Of a stretch of DNA of 64,000 bases, positions 1-10,286 are shown piece after piece. Under the pieces are notes generated by a model. The model worked only from the letters and a program-made list of their open reading frames with translations. It was not told the origin of the DNA and searched no databases. Origin of the DNA: Chloroflexota bacterium (GTDB lineage Bacteria; Chloroflexota; Anaerolineae; B4-G1; DUEL01); the NCBI GenBank assembly GCA_014874475.1, contig JADBJJ010000023.1, forward strand, positions 391,836 to 455,835. The letters are read 5' to 3'. Position numbers and translations under genes: made by a program. The first letter of the stretch is position 1. Every line of letters begins with the position of its first letter.

Positions 1-1007
1 AACTCTCCCGCTTCTTCGGATTCTCCGGATTCCCCTCTCTCCGGCAGCTGCGGCAGATAGGTCAGGTACCCGGCAGCGCCCAGTTTTTCCATTAACTCTG
101 CCATAGACTTATCGCCAAAGTTGCGGATGGTCCGGACCGCCTCATCGCCCCGGCCCAGGACTTCCAGGACCTCCCCGACCCGCGAGATGCCCGCCCGTTT
201 CAGGGCATTATAGACGCGCGCGGTCAGCCCCAGAGTTTCTATCGGGACCTCGTAGACCCGGGCCGGGATTCCCCGCTCTTCCTCTCCCACCAACTCCGGC
301 TCCTCTGTAATCCCGGCAATGAGACGGAAGTGGGTGACCAGAATCCGGGCCGCCTCCTTGAGAGCGTCCAGCGGACTGATGCGGCCGTCGGTCCAGATTT
401 CTATGTTCAGCCGGTCGTAGTTGGTCCGCTGGGCAACCCGCGCTCGTTCCACGTTGAACGCGACCCGCCGGACAGGACTGAAAAGGGCATCTACCGGAAG
501 TTCACCAAGGGATCGGCGCTCCCGCTCTTCGGCAGGAGAGTAACCCCGTCCCCGCTCCACAGTGAACTCCATTTCCACCGCTGCCTCAGAAGAGTCGGTG
601 GTGAAGAGATAGAGGTCGGGGTTGAGAATCTCTATCTCCGGCGGTGCATGGATATCCCCGGCGGTCACCACGCCATCCCCCCGGACGGAAAGAACCATCC
701 GCATCGGACCATCACCGTCCATCTTCAGGCGCAGTTGCTTCACCTGAAGAAGGACTTGCATCACGTCCTCCCGCACATGCGGGATGGTCGCGAATTCGTG
801 CGAGACGTCGTAGATGCGGACAGAGGTAACCGCCGCTCCGGGAAGGGAAGAGAGCAGAACCCGCCGCAGGGCATTCCCCAGCGTGATCCCGTAGCCGCTC
901 TCCAGCGGGCCGATAACGAACCGCCCATACTGCTGGGTCAGCACCTCTTTTTCAATTTTCGGCAAAACCGGTACGGCAAACCTGGGTTCCCTCTGTGCAG
1001 TCATCAT
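1..1007 (-). CDS. rpoA: DNA-directed RNA polymerase alpha subunit; the C-terminal end runs off the window start
   Basis: Manual reverse-complement translation from the ATG at 1005-1007 gives MMTAQREPRFAVPVLPKIEKEVLTQQYGRFVIGPLESGYGITLGNALRRVLLSS..., a canonical RpoA N-terminal domain. No stop codon is reached before position 1. The gene lies immediately downstream of rpsD, matching alpha-operon synteny. The listed plus-strand ORF 330..1760 is an antisense artefact. Confidence 0.88.
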   Translation of the reverse strand, partial: MMTAQREPRFAVPVLPKIEKEVLTQQYGRFVIGPLESGYGITLGNALRRVLLSSLPGAAVTSVRIYDVSHEFATIPHVREDVMQVLLQVKQLRLKMDGDGPMRMVLSVRGDGVVTAGDIHAPPEIEILNPDLYLFTTDSSEAAVEMEFTVERGRGYSPAEERERRSLGELPVDALFSPVRRVAFNVERARVAQRTNYDRLNIEIWTDGRISPLDALKEAARILVTHFRLIAGITEEPELVGEEERGIPARVYEVPIETLGLTARVYNALKRAGISRVGEVLEVLGRGDEAVRTIRNFGDKSMAELMEKLGAAGYLTYLPQLPERGESGESEEAGE

Positions 1008-1010
1008 CAC

Positions 1011-1649
1011 CTACCGAGAGTAGTACTCCACAACCAGTTGCTCGTTGATCGGAATGTCCACATGCTCCCGCCTGGGCATTCCCAGGACCCGGGCGGAAAG
1101 GTCCGCCGCGTCCAGAGAGAGCCAATCGGGAACCCTCATCTCGTCCAGCATCTCGGCGCGTTCCTGGAAGTAGGGCCGCCGGCGGCTCCCCTCCCGAACT
1201 GCCACCCGGTCGCCTGGCCGGACCAGGTAGGACGGGATGGTGACCCGTCGGCCGTTGACAGCGAAGTGTCCATGCTGAACCAGTTGGCGAGCCTGGGCGC
1301 GCGAGTCGGCGAAGCCCAGCCGGTAGATCACGTTATCCAGACGGCGCTCCAGCAGGATGAGCAGGTTTTCGCCGGTCAGGCCGGGCGTCCGCAGCGCCTC
1401 CCGGAAGTAACGGCGGAACTGCCGCTCCATGATGCCGTAGACTCGCTTGACCTTCTGTTTTTCCCGCAACTGGCGGAAGTAGTCCGTGGGCTGTCCTCGC
1501 CGGAAGCGGGCGATCTGCCCGTGCTGTCCGGGCGGGTAATCCCGGCGCTCCAGGGCACATTTGGGCGATGTGCAGCGCGCGCCTTTCAAGAACAACTTTT
1601 GTCCTTCACGACGACACAATCGACAAACCGGGCCTGTATATCTGGCCAT
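1011..1649 (-). CDS. rpsD: 30S ribosomal protein S4
   Basis: The translation starts [26 protein letters not shown]..., carrying the S4 zinc-finger N-terminus and the S4 domain. It sits in alpha-operon order after rpsK. Confidence 0.95.
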   Translation of the reverse strand: MARYTGPVCRLCRREGQKLFLKGARCTSPKCALERRDYPPGQHGQIARFRRGQPTDYFRQLREKQKVKRVYGIMERQFRRYFREALRTPGLTGENLLILLERRLDNVIYRLGFADSRAQARQLVQHGHFAVNGRRVTIPSYLVRPGDRVAVREGSRRRPYFQERAEMLDEMRVPDWLSLDAADLSARVLGMPRREHVDIPINEQLVVEYYSR

Positions 1650-1682
1650 GCCCCTACTCCGTATTCCGTGTATTCCGTCTTC

Positions 1683-2078
1683 TTATACTCTGCGCTTCTT
1701 GGGTGGCCGACAACCGTTGTGCGGGATGGGCGTCACATCGGTGATGGACCGGACTTTTAGCCCCGAGGCCTGCAGGGAGCGGATAGCCGCCTCCCGCCCC
1801 GGGCCCGGCCCCTTGACCAGCACATCCACCTCAGTCACTCCGTTATCCAGGGCGTCTTTGGCTGCGCGCTGGGCAGCCTGGCGGGCGGCGAAGGGCGTGC
1901 TCTTGCGGGAGCCCTTGAAGCCCACCAGCCCTGCGCTGGACCAGTTAATGACGTTCCCCTGAGGGTCGGTGATGGTGATGATGGTATTGTTGAAACTGGC
2001 GTGAATGTGGGCCACCCCGCGCGGGACCGCGCGGCGCACCCGCTGGGTAACTCTGCGACGTCTTTGAGCACGAGACAT
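1683..2078 (-). CDS. rpsK: 30S ribosomal protein S11
   Basis: The internal start at 2076-2078 gives [38 protein letters not shown]..., a typical S11 N-terminus. The listed ORF extends 39 codons further upstream, probably spuriously. Confidence 0.9.
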   Translation of the reverse strand: MSRAQRRRRVTQRVRRAVPRGVAHIHASFNNTIITITDPQGNVINWSSAGLVGFKGSRKSTPFAARQAAQRAAKDALDNGVTEVDVLVKGPGPGREAAIRSLQASGLKVRSITDVTPIPHNGCRPPKKRRV

Positions 2079-2121
2079 AGTTGACTCCGTCAAAAATGAA
2101 AAGTGAAACAGGAAAAGTGAA

Positions 2122-2511
2122 TTACTTCTTCTTGGCGCCCCGACGGCGGCCGCGACCGGGAACGGTCTTGCGCGGCCCCCGCTTGGTACGCGCATTGGTC
2201 CGCGTGCGCTGACCGCGCACGGGCAGGTTCATCCGGTGGCGCAACCCGCGATAGCACCCGATTTCTATCAGGCGCTTGATGTTCATCTGCACCTCGCGCC
2301 GCAGGTCTCCCTCCACTTTGTACTCGCGATCAATGATCTCGCGCAGGCGGGCCACCTCGGTCTCGTTGAGGTCCTTCACCCGCTTGTCCGGGTCCACGCC
2401 GGCCTTGCGCAGAATCTCATTGCTCAGGCTGCGCCCGATGCCGTAGATATAGGTCAGACCGATTTCCACCCGTTTGTCTCTGGGTAGGTCTACACCGGCG
2501 ATACGAGCCAT
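2122..2511 (-). CDS. rpsM: 30S ribosomal protein S13
   Basis: The translation starts [30 protein letters not shown]..., which is an S13 signature. Confidence 0.95.
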   Translation of the reverse strand: MARIAGVDLPRDKRVEIGLTYIYGIGRSLSNEILRKAGVDPDKRVKDLNETEVARLREIIDREYKVEGDLRREVQMNIKRLIEIGCYRGLRHRMNLPVRGQRTRTNARTKRGPRKTVPGRGRRRGAKKK

Positions 2512-2551
2512 ACGTCCTCCGAATAGAATGCGTGAAACGTGATGCGTGAAA

Positions 2552-2665
2552 TCAGCCCTGTCGCTGTTTGTGCTTCGGGTTCTCGCAGATGACCCGAATG
2601 ACGCCCTTGCGACGGATGATTTTGCATTTTGGACAACGCCGTTTGACAGACGGTGAAACTTTCAC
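2552..2665 (-). CDS. rpmJ: 50S ribosomal protein L36, zinc-binding type
   Basis: Manual translation from the GTG start gives [37 protein letters not shown], 37 aa with a CxxC...C..H motif. An AGGAGG RBS lies 7 nt upstream. The gene is too short to appear in the ORF track. Confidence 0.85.
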   Translation of the reverse strand: MKVSPSVKRRCPKCKIIRRKGVIRVICENPKHKQRQG

Positions 2666-3018
2666 TTTATCCTCCTGCGCTAATTCTGGAGTTTAGCGCC
2701 CGCACCATATATGGGGGTTAGGTGCCCCATTTCAGCGACGGAAAGCGCTATATGTGGGGGCAACTCTAAACTCCAGATAATTCTGACGCGTCCTTTTTCC
2801 AATCCCGTCATACGCTATCGCTACCTGAAGGGCTTCCCGGCTCAAACCCATATGCTATCTGAATTTCCGGCTCCAGCCAGGTGTTCGTGCCGTTCCGGTC
2901 ATCCCGCGTGCCGTTGCCCAGGTGAACACCGGCTCTCGCTTCATGGCGAGTATCGTAACTGTGAAACCAGAAAATGAGCACCCCTCTTGAAGAGCGTCGG
3001 GACTCGTTCACCGATCCC

Positions 3019-3828
3019 TCAACCAGTATGCCACGGCGTCAGAATCTCCGCCTCTCCGTCCCGGATCAAGACGGTGTGCTCAAAGTAGGCCGTCAGTTTG
3101 CCGTCCGCGGAGACGACCGTCCAGTGGTCGGGCAGGGTGCGCACCTGGTAGTCACCGGCCAGAACCATCGTCTCTATGGCGACGGTCATCCCCGACCGCA
3201 GCAGCGGGCCCCGCCCCGGCTCGCCGTGGTTGGGAATCTGCGGCGGCTCGTGCATCTGCCGACCGATGCCATGCCCCGTGTACTCCCGCACCACGTTGTA
3301 GCCCCGGGACTCCACAAAGGTCTGGATGGTAGCGGAAATGTCGCCGACACGGTTCCCAGCACGGGCCTGGGCGATGCCGGCATAGAGAGCTCCCTCCGTC
3401 ACCTCCAAAAGCCGCCGGGCCTCCAGGCTCACCTCCCCCACCGGCAGGGTGATGCCCGCATCACCGTGATAACCGTCGTAGATGGCCCCGACGTCTATAC
3501 TGATAATGTCCCCTTCTTTCAGCACCCGGGGGCCGGGAATCCCGTGGACCAGTTCTTCATTGACGGACGCACAAATCGCGGCCGGAAAGGGATGCGGACT
3601 GCCCGGCGGATAGCCCTTAAAGGACGGGATGCCGCCCCGGCGTCGGATCAGTTCTTCCGCCTTCTCGTTCAACTCCGCGGTGGTGACGCCGGGCCTCACC
3701 CATTCCCGCATCCGTTCCAGGACCTCGGCGACGATTCGCCCGGCCCTGCGCATTTTTTCAATCTCGCCTGCCGACTTCAGTTGAATCAACGGTGCTGGTA
3801 AATGGATAGACGGGTAACTGGTAATCAA
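3019..3828 (-). CDS. map: type I methionine aminopeptidase
   Basis: The translation contains GEIEKMRRAGRIVAEVLE... and the MAP fold motifs HGIP and DGYHGD. It is adjacent to adk as in spc-operon synteny. Confidence 0.9.
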   Translation of the reverse strand: MITSYPSIHLPAPLIQLKSAGEIEKMRRAGRIVAEVLERMREWVRPGVTTAELNEKAEELIRRRGGIPSFKGYPPGSPHPFPAAICASVNEELVHGIPGPRVLKEGDIISIDVGAIYDGYHGDAGITLPVGEVSLEARRLLEVTEGALYAGIAQARAGNRVGDISATIQTFVESRGYNVVREYTGHGIGRQMHEPPQIPNHGEPGRGPLLRSGMTVAIETMVLAGDYQVRTLPDHWTVVSADGKLTAYFEHTVLIRDGEAEILTPWHTG

Positions 3829-4524
3829 TTAGTCGCAGGCGCCCTCAGCGCTCTCTCCAGTGAGGGAGCCGCAGGCGCTCTCCACAGCCGCCCGCAGGTC
3901 GGCCTGGACGTCGTCAATGGACTGTTCGCCGTCTATTTCCACCAGCAGGCCCGCCCGACGGTAGTAGTCCACCAGCGGCGCCGTCTGCTCTTGATAAACC
4001 TTCAGGCGGCGGCGGTGGGCTTCCTCCGTCTCGTCGGGGCGCTGGTAGAGTTCGCCTCCGCAGGCATCGCATACGCCCGCCTGCTTGGGCGGGTTGAACA
4101 GGGTATGATAAACAGCCCCACAACTCCGACAGGTCCAGCGGCCCGCCAGGCGAGCCAGGGCTACCCCCTCCCGCACCCGGATCAAGGCCACCATGTCCAG
4201 CGCGGTTCCGTTTCCCCGCAGGAGACGTTCCAGCGCTTCCGCCTGCGCGACGGTGCGCGGGAAGCCGTCCAGGATGAAGCCGTCGGCGCAGTCCGGGCGG
4301 GCAATCCGTTCGGCGACCATGCCGATGGTCACCTCATCGGGCACCAGGTCGCCCCGTTCCATATAGGCCCGCGCCTGGCGGCCCAGTTCCGTCCCCTGAA
4401 CCAGGTGTTCCCGGAAGAGGTCCCCGCTGGCGACATGCGGGATTCTCAGCGCCTGCGCCAGTTGCTCCGCCTGTGTTCCCTTGCCCGCTCCGGGCATACC
4501 CAACAAGACAATGCGGCACCCCAT
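3829..4524 (-). CDS. adk: adenylate kinase with a zinc-binding lid
   Basis: It carries the P-loop GMPGAGKGTQA and the Cys4 lid motif CRSC...CDAC. Confidence 0.95.
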   Translation of the reverse strand: MGCRIVLLGMPGAGKGTQAEQLAQALRIPHVASGDLFREHLVQGTELGRQARAYMERGDLVPDEVTIGMVAERIARPDCADGFILDGFPRTVAQAEALERLLRGNGTALDMVALIRVREGVALARLAGRWTCRSCGAVYHTLFNPPKQAGVCDACGGELYQRPDETEEAHRRRLKVYQEQTAPLVDYYRRAGLLVEIDGEQSIDDVQADLRAAVESACGSLTGESAEGACD

Positions 4525-4582
4525 CGTTTCACTCCAGCCCCTCAGTCAAATCGCGGTTATCGTTGCGCCACGACAGCAAGTC

Positions 4583-5902
4583 TTATCGGATGAACCCCTC
4601 ATAGTGCCGCATCAGCAACTGGGCCTCCAGTTGCCGCATCGTATCTACCACGACACCCACGACGATGAGCAGTCCCGCCGAGGTGATGAGCAGCACCTGG
4701 GTATGCATCAGCAACTGGACGATGAAAGGCAGCACAGCAACGCCCCCCAGGAACAGGGCCCCGAACAGAGTGATGCGCTTGTAGATACCGTTAATGTAGT
4801 CCGCCGTCTGCTTGCCGGGACGGATGCCCGGGATGAACCCGCCGTACTTCTGCAGGTTCTCCGGCAGATTCTGCTGCTCCACCAGGACGAAGGTGTAGAA
4901 GTATGTGAAGCCGACGACGGCAGCAAAGTAGAGCACCGCATAGAAGAAGGTGGTATACCACTCCACCGTGTGCCCACTGAAGAAGTTCATAATATCCATT
5001 GCCACCCGCGCCACGTTGACGTCGGATGAACCGGTGAAGAACTGAGCGATGACCGCAGGCAGGGTGAGCAGGGACTGAGCGAAGATGAGCGGGATCATCC
5101 CGGCCATATTGACCCGCAGCGGGATGTAGGTGCTGCCGCCGCCATACATCCGCCGGCCCCGTACCCGCTTACCGTACTGCACCGGAATGCGCCGCTCCCC
5201 CTCATGGACGTACACGATAACGAAGATCACCAGCGCCGTGATGATCAGGAAAAAGAGAATGCCCAGGAAACCGTCCGTGGTGTAAATCCGCGACACATTG
5301 GCCGGCGTCCGGGCCACAATGCCGCCAAAGATGATGAGCGAAAGACCGTTACCAATACCCTGCTCGGAAATCAACTCACCCAGCCAGATGGCGAACATAG
5401 TGCCCGCCATCATGGCGATCAGGACCGATATGGTGGGCAGAATGAACTCCGGCTGATGGAAACCGAAGTTGGGCAGGACCGGGCGCGCAGCAGCGCTATT
5501 GAACAACTGGGCTTGCCCCCAGGCCTGCAACATCCCCAGCGGAATGGTCAGGTAGTACGTCCACCGGTTCAGTTTCCGCCGACCGGCTTCCCCTTCCTCC
5601 TCCGCCAGCCGCTTCAGCGCCGGGATGACCGGGACCAGCAACTGGATGATGATGGATGCGTTGATGTATGGATAGACCCCGTTTGCCAGCACCGAGTACT
5701 CTGCTACTGCGCCGCCAGAGAGCAGGTCCAGAATGTTGACCAGTTGGGCCGCCCCACCGGTCAGGCTGCGCAGGGCCTCCCGGTCAATGCCCGGCACCGG
5801 CACGTGAGAGGCCGCGCGGAAGATGACCAGAATCAGCAGCGTGTAGAACAACCGCCGCCGCAGGTCGGGAAGCCTCAGAGCATCACGTACGGCCTGGATC
5901 AT
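4583..5902 (-). CDS. secY: preprotein translocase subunit SecY
   Basis: It encodes a 439-aa multipass membrane protein with SecY motifs. It lies between rplO and adk as in the spc operon. Confidence 0.95.
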   Translation of the reverse strand: MIQAVRDALRLPDLRRRLFYTLLILVIFRAASHVPVPGIDREALRSLTGGAAQLVNILDLLSGGAVAEYSVLANGVYPYINASIIIQLLVPVIPALKRLAEEEGEAGRRKLNRWTYYLTIPLGMLQAWGQAQLFNSAAARPVLPNFGFHQPEFILPTISVLIAMMAGTMFAIWLGELISEQGIGNGLSLIIFGGIVARTPANVSRIYTTDGFLGILFFLIITALVIFVIVYVHEGERRIPVQYGKRVRGRRMYGGGSTYIPLRVNMAGMIPLIFAQSLLTLPAVIAQFFTGSSDVNVARVAMDIMNFFSGHTVEWYTTFFYAVLYFAAVVGFTYFYTFVLVEQQNLPENLQKYGGFIPGIRPGKQTADYINGIYKRITLFGALFLGGVAVLPFIVQLLMHTQVLLITSAGLLIVVGVVVDTMRQLEAQLLMRHYEGFIR

Positions 5903-5935
5903 GGCTTACCTCGCTTATCGCAGATAGCGGATCGC

Positions 5936-6415
5936 CTACCGCGTCCGATAGCCGCCCCGCTCCCAGGGCAACTCCTCTACGGTACCACCGGCGGCCTCAA
6001 TCTTGGCCCGCGCGCTGGCGGAGAAGCGATGGGCCTTCACCGTCAACGGGATATCCAACTCCCCGCGCCCCAGGATGACCACCCACTCATCGGCGTTCCG
6101 GATCAGGCCAGCATCCGCCAGTTCCTCCGGGGTCACCACGCTCCCCGGCGCGAACCGGGCCAGCCGGTCCACGTTGACCGGCGTGAAGCGGACCCGCCAG
6201 GGATCCCGGAAACCGACGCCTCGCGCGAAGGGCAGTTTGCGGACCAGCGGCAATTGCCCGCCCTCAAAGTACGGTGGGATGCTCCCCCCGCTGCGGGCCT
6301 TCTGCCCCTTCGTCCCGCGCCCGCCGGTCTTCCCCTGACCGGCCGCGATGCCGATGCCCTTTCGCTTGCGGCGCTTCTTGGAACCCTCAGCCGGTTGCAA
6401 ATCGTGCAGTTTCAT
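5936..6415 (-). CDS. rplO: 50S ribosomal protein L15
   Basis: The translation contains ...[33 protein letters not shown]..., which is an L15 signature. Confidence 0.95.
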   Translation of the reverse strand: MKLHDLQPAEGSKKRRKRKGIGIAAGQGKTGGRGTKGQKARSGGSIPPYFEGGQLPLVRKLPFARGVGFRDPWRVRFTPVNVDRLARFAPGSVVTPEELADAGLIRNADEWVVILGRGELDIPLTVKAHRFSASARAKIEAAGGTVEELPWERGGYRTR

Positions 6416-6606
6416 CCCTCAACCTCTTCCACCTTCAACATGTGCTGGACCTTGGCCACCATCCCCCGGATGGCCGGTGTATCGGCCTTCTCTACCGTCT
6501 GGTGGAGACGGCGCAGGCCCAGCGCCCGGACGGTCGCTTTCTGATCTCTGGAATACCCGATTGGGCTGCGAACCAGGGTGATACGGAGAACCTTCTGCTT
6601 TTCCAT
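6412..6606 (-). CDS. rpmD: 50S ribosomal protein L30
   Basis: The translation starts [33 protein letters not shown]. Its stop overlaps the rplO start by 4 nt. Confidence 0.9.
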   Translation of the reverse strand: MEKQKVLRITLVRSPIGYSRDQKATVRALGLRRLHQTVEKADTPAIRGMVAKVQHMLKVEEVEG

Positions 6607-6657
6607 TGCCTGTCCCCTGCCTACAGTTTACCCATTTACCCGACACCAAACCGACAA

Positions 6658-7194
6658 CTACCGCCCTCGCATCCAGAACGGCATCACCCGGGTCTCCGGC
6701 AGGCCCCGCTCCTGCGCCAGTTCTTCGTAGGAGCGCAGTTGCTTCAGGGCCTCCATCGTTGCCTTCACCACGTTGATCATGCTGGAACTGCCCATGGATT
6801 TGGTCAGCACGTCGTGGATGCCTGCCGCCTCCAGCACAGCGCGCACGCCACCCCCCGCGATGACGCCAGTACCCGGTGAGGCGGGCTTGATCAGCACCTG
6901 GGCACCGCTGCATTTGCCCATCGCATCGTGCGGGATGGTCCGCCCGACCAGAGGGATGGTGATCATAGACGTCCGGGCCCGCTCCGTGGCCTTGCGGATG
7001 GCGTCTGGGACGGCGCGCGCTTTGCCCACGCCGATGCCGACGCGGCCATTGCGGTCGCCGACCACGGCGATTACCCGAAAGGCAAACCGACGCCCGCCCT
7101 TGATGACCTTGGCGACCCGCTCAATGTCCACGACCCGCTCGTCTAATTCTACTGGCGCCGTCGGCTCCAGTTCAAATTCCTGATCCAGGTCCAT
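6658..7194 (-). CDS. rpsE: 30S ribosomal protein S5
   Basis: It contains the S5 N- and C-domain motifs [15 protein letters not shown] and [19 protein letters not shown]. Confidence 0.95.
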   Translation of the reverse strand: MDLDQEFELEPTAPVELDERVVDIERVAKVIKGGRRFAFRVIAVVGDRNGRVGIGVGKARAVPDAIRKATERARTSMITIPLVGRTIPHDAMGKCSGAQVLIKPASPGTGVIAGGGVRAVLEAAGIHDVLTKSMGSSSMINVVKATMEALKQLRSYEELAQERGLPETRVMPFWMRGR

Positions 7195-7226
7195 TCGCTT
7201 GCCTCCTACTCCCTCTTCGTACTCCG

Positions 7227-7592
7227 TTAAAAATCCAGCCCACCTTCGCGGGCGGCGTCGGCCAGAGCTTTCACCCGACCGTGGTACTTGTATCCCGCCC
7301 GATCAAAGGCCACTTTGGCGATCCCCTGGGCCAGGGCGCGGGCCGCCAGGACTTTCCCCACCACCCGGGCCTGTTCCGTCTTCTTCAACCCTGCAATCTG
7401 CTCACGGACTTCCGGGTCCAGGGTGGAAGCGGAGACCAGTGTATGTCCCACCGTATCATCAATCACCTGGGCATAGATATGCCGCAAACTGCGAAAAACG
7501 TTCAGGCGCGGGCGCTCAGGCGTGCCGAACACCTTCTTGCGCACATGCTTGTGTCGGCGTAGTCGTCCCAACCGGCGATCTTTTTCCGCCAT
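7227..7592 (-). CDS. rplR: 50S ribosomal protein L18
   Basis: The start at 7590-7592 gives [35 protein letters not shown]..., 121 aa. The listed 247-aa ORF is an upstream extension through the intergenic region. Confidence 0.9.
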   Translation of the reverse strand: MAEKDRRLGRLRRHKHVRKKVFGTPERPRLNVFRSLRHIYAQVIDDTVGHTLVSASTLDPEVREQIAGLKKTEQARVVGKVLAARALAQGIAKVAFDRAGYKYHGRVKALADAAREGGLDF

Positions 7593-7611
7593 AATCCTCA
7601 CTCCCTGATCC

Positions 7612-8175
7612 TTATTTCTTACCCTTACCCTTGCCTTTGCCGGCCTTCCCAACCTTCTGGCGAATCTGCTCGCCCAGGTAGCGGAGCCCTTTCCCCAGGT
7701 ACGGGTCAGCCGGGCGCCAGGCGCGGATTTCGGCGGCAATCCGTCCCACCATCTCCTTATCTGCGCCCCACACGGTGATGACGCCCGCTTTCGGGTCCAC
7801 GTCAAACGTGATGCCCTCCGGCGGACGGACGCGCACCGGGTGGGAGAATCCCAGGTGCATGACCAGCGTCCCGTCGGGCTGGCGCTCGGCGCGGTACCCA
7901 ACGCCGCGAATCTCCAGTCGCTTCTGGAATCCCTGGGAGACCCCTTCCACCATATTCGCCAGCAGGGCACGGGTCAGCCCATGCAGCGCCCGGTGGTGCC
8001 GGGCATCGGTGGGCCGGTAGACCCGCAGGGTATTATCTTCTTTCACGATTTGCATCGCCGGGTCAAACGAACGCGTCAGCGTCCCTTTCGGGCCGCTTAC
8101 GGTGACCAGGCTGCCCTGAATTTCCACCTTTACCTCAGGGGGCAAAGGAATCGGCATCCGACCAATTCGCGACAT
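7612..8175 (-). CDS. rplF: 50S ribosomal protein L6
   Basis: The internal start at 8173-8175 gives [31 protein letters not shown]..., and the protein has a Gly/Lys-rich C-terminal tail. Confidence 0.9.
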   Translation of the reverse strand: MSRIGRMPIPLPPEVKVEIQGSLVTVSGPKGTLTRSFDPAMQIVKEDNTLRVYRPTDARHHRALHGLTRALLANMVEGVSQGFQKRLEIRGVGYRAERQPDGTLVMHLGFSHPVRVRPPEGITFDVDPKAGVITVWGADKEMVGRIAAEIRAWRPADPYLGKGLRYLGEQIRQKVGKAGKGKGKGKK

Positions 8176-8185
8176 CCCGTCCTCC

Positions 8186-8599
8186 CTACCACACGTAGCA
8201 GATGACCTCGCCGCCCACCCGCAGCCGTCGGGCCTGTTCGCCGGTGAGGATTCCCTTCGGAGTGGAGAGGATGGCAATGCCCATACCGCTTTTCACCCAG
8301 GGAATCTCAGACACGCGAGTGTAAATCCGGCGGCCCGGCTTGCTGACCCGTTGCAGTCCCTGGATGACGGACCGCCGCTTCCGCCGTTCCCCGATGTACT
8401 TCAGGCGAATCACCAGGCGATAGCGAGGCTGCTCCGGTGACTCCACCACCCGGTAGTCCTCAATATACCCCTCTTCCTTCAGAATGCGGGCAATGGCGAC
8501 TTTCATTTTGGAAGAGGGCATCTCCACGGTGGGATGCCCCACCGCAATCGCATTGCGCATACGGGTCAACATATCGGCAATCGGATCTGTCACCGTCAT
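8186..8599 (-). CDS. rpsH: 30S ribosomal protein S8
   Basis: The translation starts [22 protein letters not shown]..., which is an S8 signature. Confidence 0.95.
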   Translation of the reverse strand: MTVTDPIADMLTRMRNAIAVGHPTVEMPSSKMKVAIARILKEEGYIEDYRVVESPEQPRYRLVIRLKYIGERRKRRSVIQGLQRVSKPGRRIYTRVSEIPWVKSGMGIAILSTPKGILTGEQARRLRVGGEVICYVW

Positions 8600-8612
8600 C
8601 GGTCCGTCACCC

Positions 8613-8795
8613 TCACCAACTGGACTTGGTCAGCCCGGGAATGAGCCCCTCCAGGGCCAACTCCCGCAGGCAGATGCGGCAGAGGCCAAAGCGGCGGTAA
8701 TAACCGCGCGGGCGTCCACAACGCTGGCAGCGATTCCGCACCTGCACTTTATACTTCCGTCGCATTTCCCTATAAGGCATACACTTTCTCGCCAT
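8613..8795 (-). CDS. rpsZ: 30S ribosomal protein S14 type Z (zinc-binding, 60 aa)
   Basis: The internal start at 8793-8795 gives [42 protein letters not shown]..., carrying a CxxC...CxxC motif. Confidence 0.9.
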   Translation of the reverse strand: MARKCMPYREMRRKYKVQVRNRCQRCGRPRGYYRRFGLCRICLRELALEGLIPGLTKSSW

Positions 8796-9149
8796 GCTTG
8801 CTCCTGCCGGAAAGTCAGTAGTCTCCCCCTTGAGCATTTATAACTTGACGTCGTGTCTTCTTAGCCCCACCCCCCTTGCTCCCTCCCCATCACTGCGCCT
8901 GTGGGGAGGAGGCTTCCTCCCCCTTCTCCCCCGCCGCGGCGAGGTGGTCTGTGGTCTGTCGTCCGTCGTCCACAAGATGAGGAGGCGCTAAAGGCCACCT
9001 GCCGCAAGCAGAGTGGCACGACCTCCTTCGGTCATTAACCGATTTCCCTGCTCGCGGGAGGGTAGGTAGTTACCTATTGGAAATGTTCCCCTTTTTCACC
9101 CTCTCCTCCTGAGCAATTCCCACCATACCTCCTGAGGCGTTCGGCCTCC

Positions 9150-9527
9150 CTACTTCGCCACCGTTTTTTGCCACCATCCCAATTCTGCCCTCAGAGAGGG
9201 ACTCCCTTTCGCGGCAACCGCCCCTAACAATGCCCCCATCCGCCTCGCCCATTCCCTGCCAAACCGCCATTCCCCTCTCCCTCCTACCCAACTCTCCAGT
9301 CCGGGTTTTGCCTCCAGCAGCAACGCCTCCGCTTCCCGCCTCAACCGTTCATCCCCCATCAGTATCCCCACCACCTCCGGCGTGTACCGATACACCAGCG
9401 CGACATACACCTCCCCACCGGCACTGCGCAACATCACCTCCCTCCCCACAGGCGAAGCCGTGTGAGGAGGGGGCAGGGGGGTAGGACCAGGATAAACCCC
9501 ATCGCGCTCAGTTTCATTAATAATCAC
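9150..9527 (-). CDS. hypothetical protein (125 aa, GTG start) inside the spc-operon insertion
   Basis: It is a co-oriented ORF directly downstream of hepT. I recognise no motifs, and the sequence is Pro/Arg/Gly-rich. It could be a GC-bias artefact, so coding status is uncertain. Confidence 0.3.
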   Translation of the reverse strand: MIINETERDGVYPGPTPLPPPHTASPVGREVMLRSAGGEVYVALVYRYTPEVVGILMGDERLRREAEALLLEAKPGLESWVGGRGEWRFGREWARRMGALLGAVAAKGSPSLRAELGWWQKTVAK

Positions 9528-9634
9528 TATGGCGAAGTACTAGTTCCTCAGATTCCTATTCAGGATAGGAGGCAACTAATGTGAATAACTGCCTGCCCAT
9601 CTGGCTCACATTCTGCCGCACAAAGGTGCGTCCT

Positions 9635-10006
9635 CTATTCCTCTTGGAAGAGGGAAGGAGGGGTTACAAACCTGCTTGCCAGTATCTTCTCCACCTCAAT
9701 CTTCAATTGTGGCAAATCTTCCGTTGCTGTCAGCCACACTTGGCCAATATCAACCCCAAAGTAATCGTGAATCAATTTGTCCCGCATCCCTGCAATCTCT
9801 TGCCATGGGATTTGGGCATGTGTATCTCGCAGCTCCTGCGAAATCCGCTTGGTGGCCTCGCCGATTATCTCAATTTGCCGGATCACTCCGTCCTGGAGCA
9901 GCGGCTCCCGCTTGAAAGTTGCCTCATCCTTACCCGAGAGATACGCTTCCACCCTGGCGATGGCATCCAAGATATGCTGAAGATAGATGGAATCATCACG
10001 CTTCAT
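9635..10006 (-). CDS. hepT: HepT-family toxin (DUF86, Rx4HxY RNase motif)
   Basis: The start at 10004-10006 gives [22 protein letters not shown]... and the protein carries the diagnostic motif RDKLIHDY (R-x4-H-x-Y). It is about 123 aa and overlaps the upstream MNT gene by 11 nt, which is the canonical MNT-HepT arrangement. Confidence 0.8.
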   Translation of the reverse strand: MKRDDSIYLQHILDAIARVEAYLSGKDEATFKREPLLQDGVIRQIEIIGEATKRISQELRDTHAQIPWQEIAGMRDKLIHDYFGVDIGQVWLTATEDLPQLKIEVEKILASRFVTPPSLFQEE

Positions 10007-10286
10007 AAATGATCCGCATCTCACGCCGAATGCGCTCACGCAGATAGGGGCTGATCGCGGCCTCGGTGAGCAAATCCACTTTTCTCCCTAAAGCACTGGA
10101 GAGTTCCCGTTCCAGAGCGACAACTCGTAGCAAGCTAACGGGCCTTGAAAACTCCACCACCAGATCAATGTCACTGTGTTCATCCGCTTCGCCCCTCGCT
10201 ACAGAGCCAAAGACGCCCGCCCGCACTATGTGATTCTGGCGGCATAACTCAATAAGTTTATTTACATCAAAAGGGAACTCGGCCAT
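9996..10286 (-). CDS. mnt: MNT-family nucleotidyltransferase antitoxin
   Basis: The start at 10284-10286 gives [46 protein letters not shown]..., containing the minimal nucleotidyltransferase motif GSx3Gx5SDxD. Confidence 0.8.
   Translation of the reverse strand: MAEFPFDVNKLIELCRQNHIVRAGVFGSVARGEADEHSDIDLVVEFSRPVSLLRVVALERELSSALGRKVDLLTEAAISPYLRERIRREMRIIYEA

Noticed and set aside
330-1760. 476-aa plus-strand ORF overlapping rpoA/rpsD, and many similar long ORFs in the track (for example 2974..3801+, 5204..6544+, 13407..14951+, 17122..18654+, 19289..21268+, 21783..24287+, 37675..38736-, 39703..40902-, 40725..42002-, 47493..48674-, 53475..55058-, 55170..56411-)
   Set aside because: All lie antisense to strongly supported conserved genes and have Arg/Pro/Gly-rich low-complexity translations. 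They are typical stop-codon-poor antisense frames in >60% GC DNA, not genes.
2808-3011. 67-aa minus-strand ORF in the map-rpmJ spacer, considered as a possible diverged infA
   Set aside because: The translation (MNESRRSSRGVLIFWFHSYD...) has no similarity to IF-1 (no S1-like OB motif). No other frame encodes an IF-1-like peptide, so the spacer is treated as non-coding.
8880-9149. Short tandem repeats (GGTCTGT x2, CGTCCGT x2) and C-rich low complexity downstream of the hypothetical ORF, considered as a CRISPR or mini-satellite
   Set aside because: There are only 2 copies of 7-nt units and no spacer-repeat periodicity, so this is not a CRISPR array.
9070-9291. 73-aa minus-strand ORF in the insertion
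   Set aside because: It is Gly/Arg-rich, overlaps the end of the 125-aa hypothetical ORF in another frame, and has no RBS. It is considered noise.
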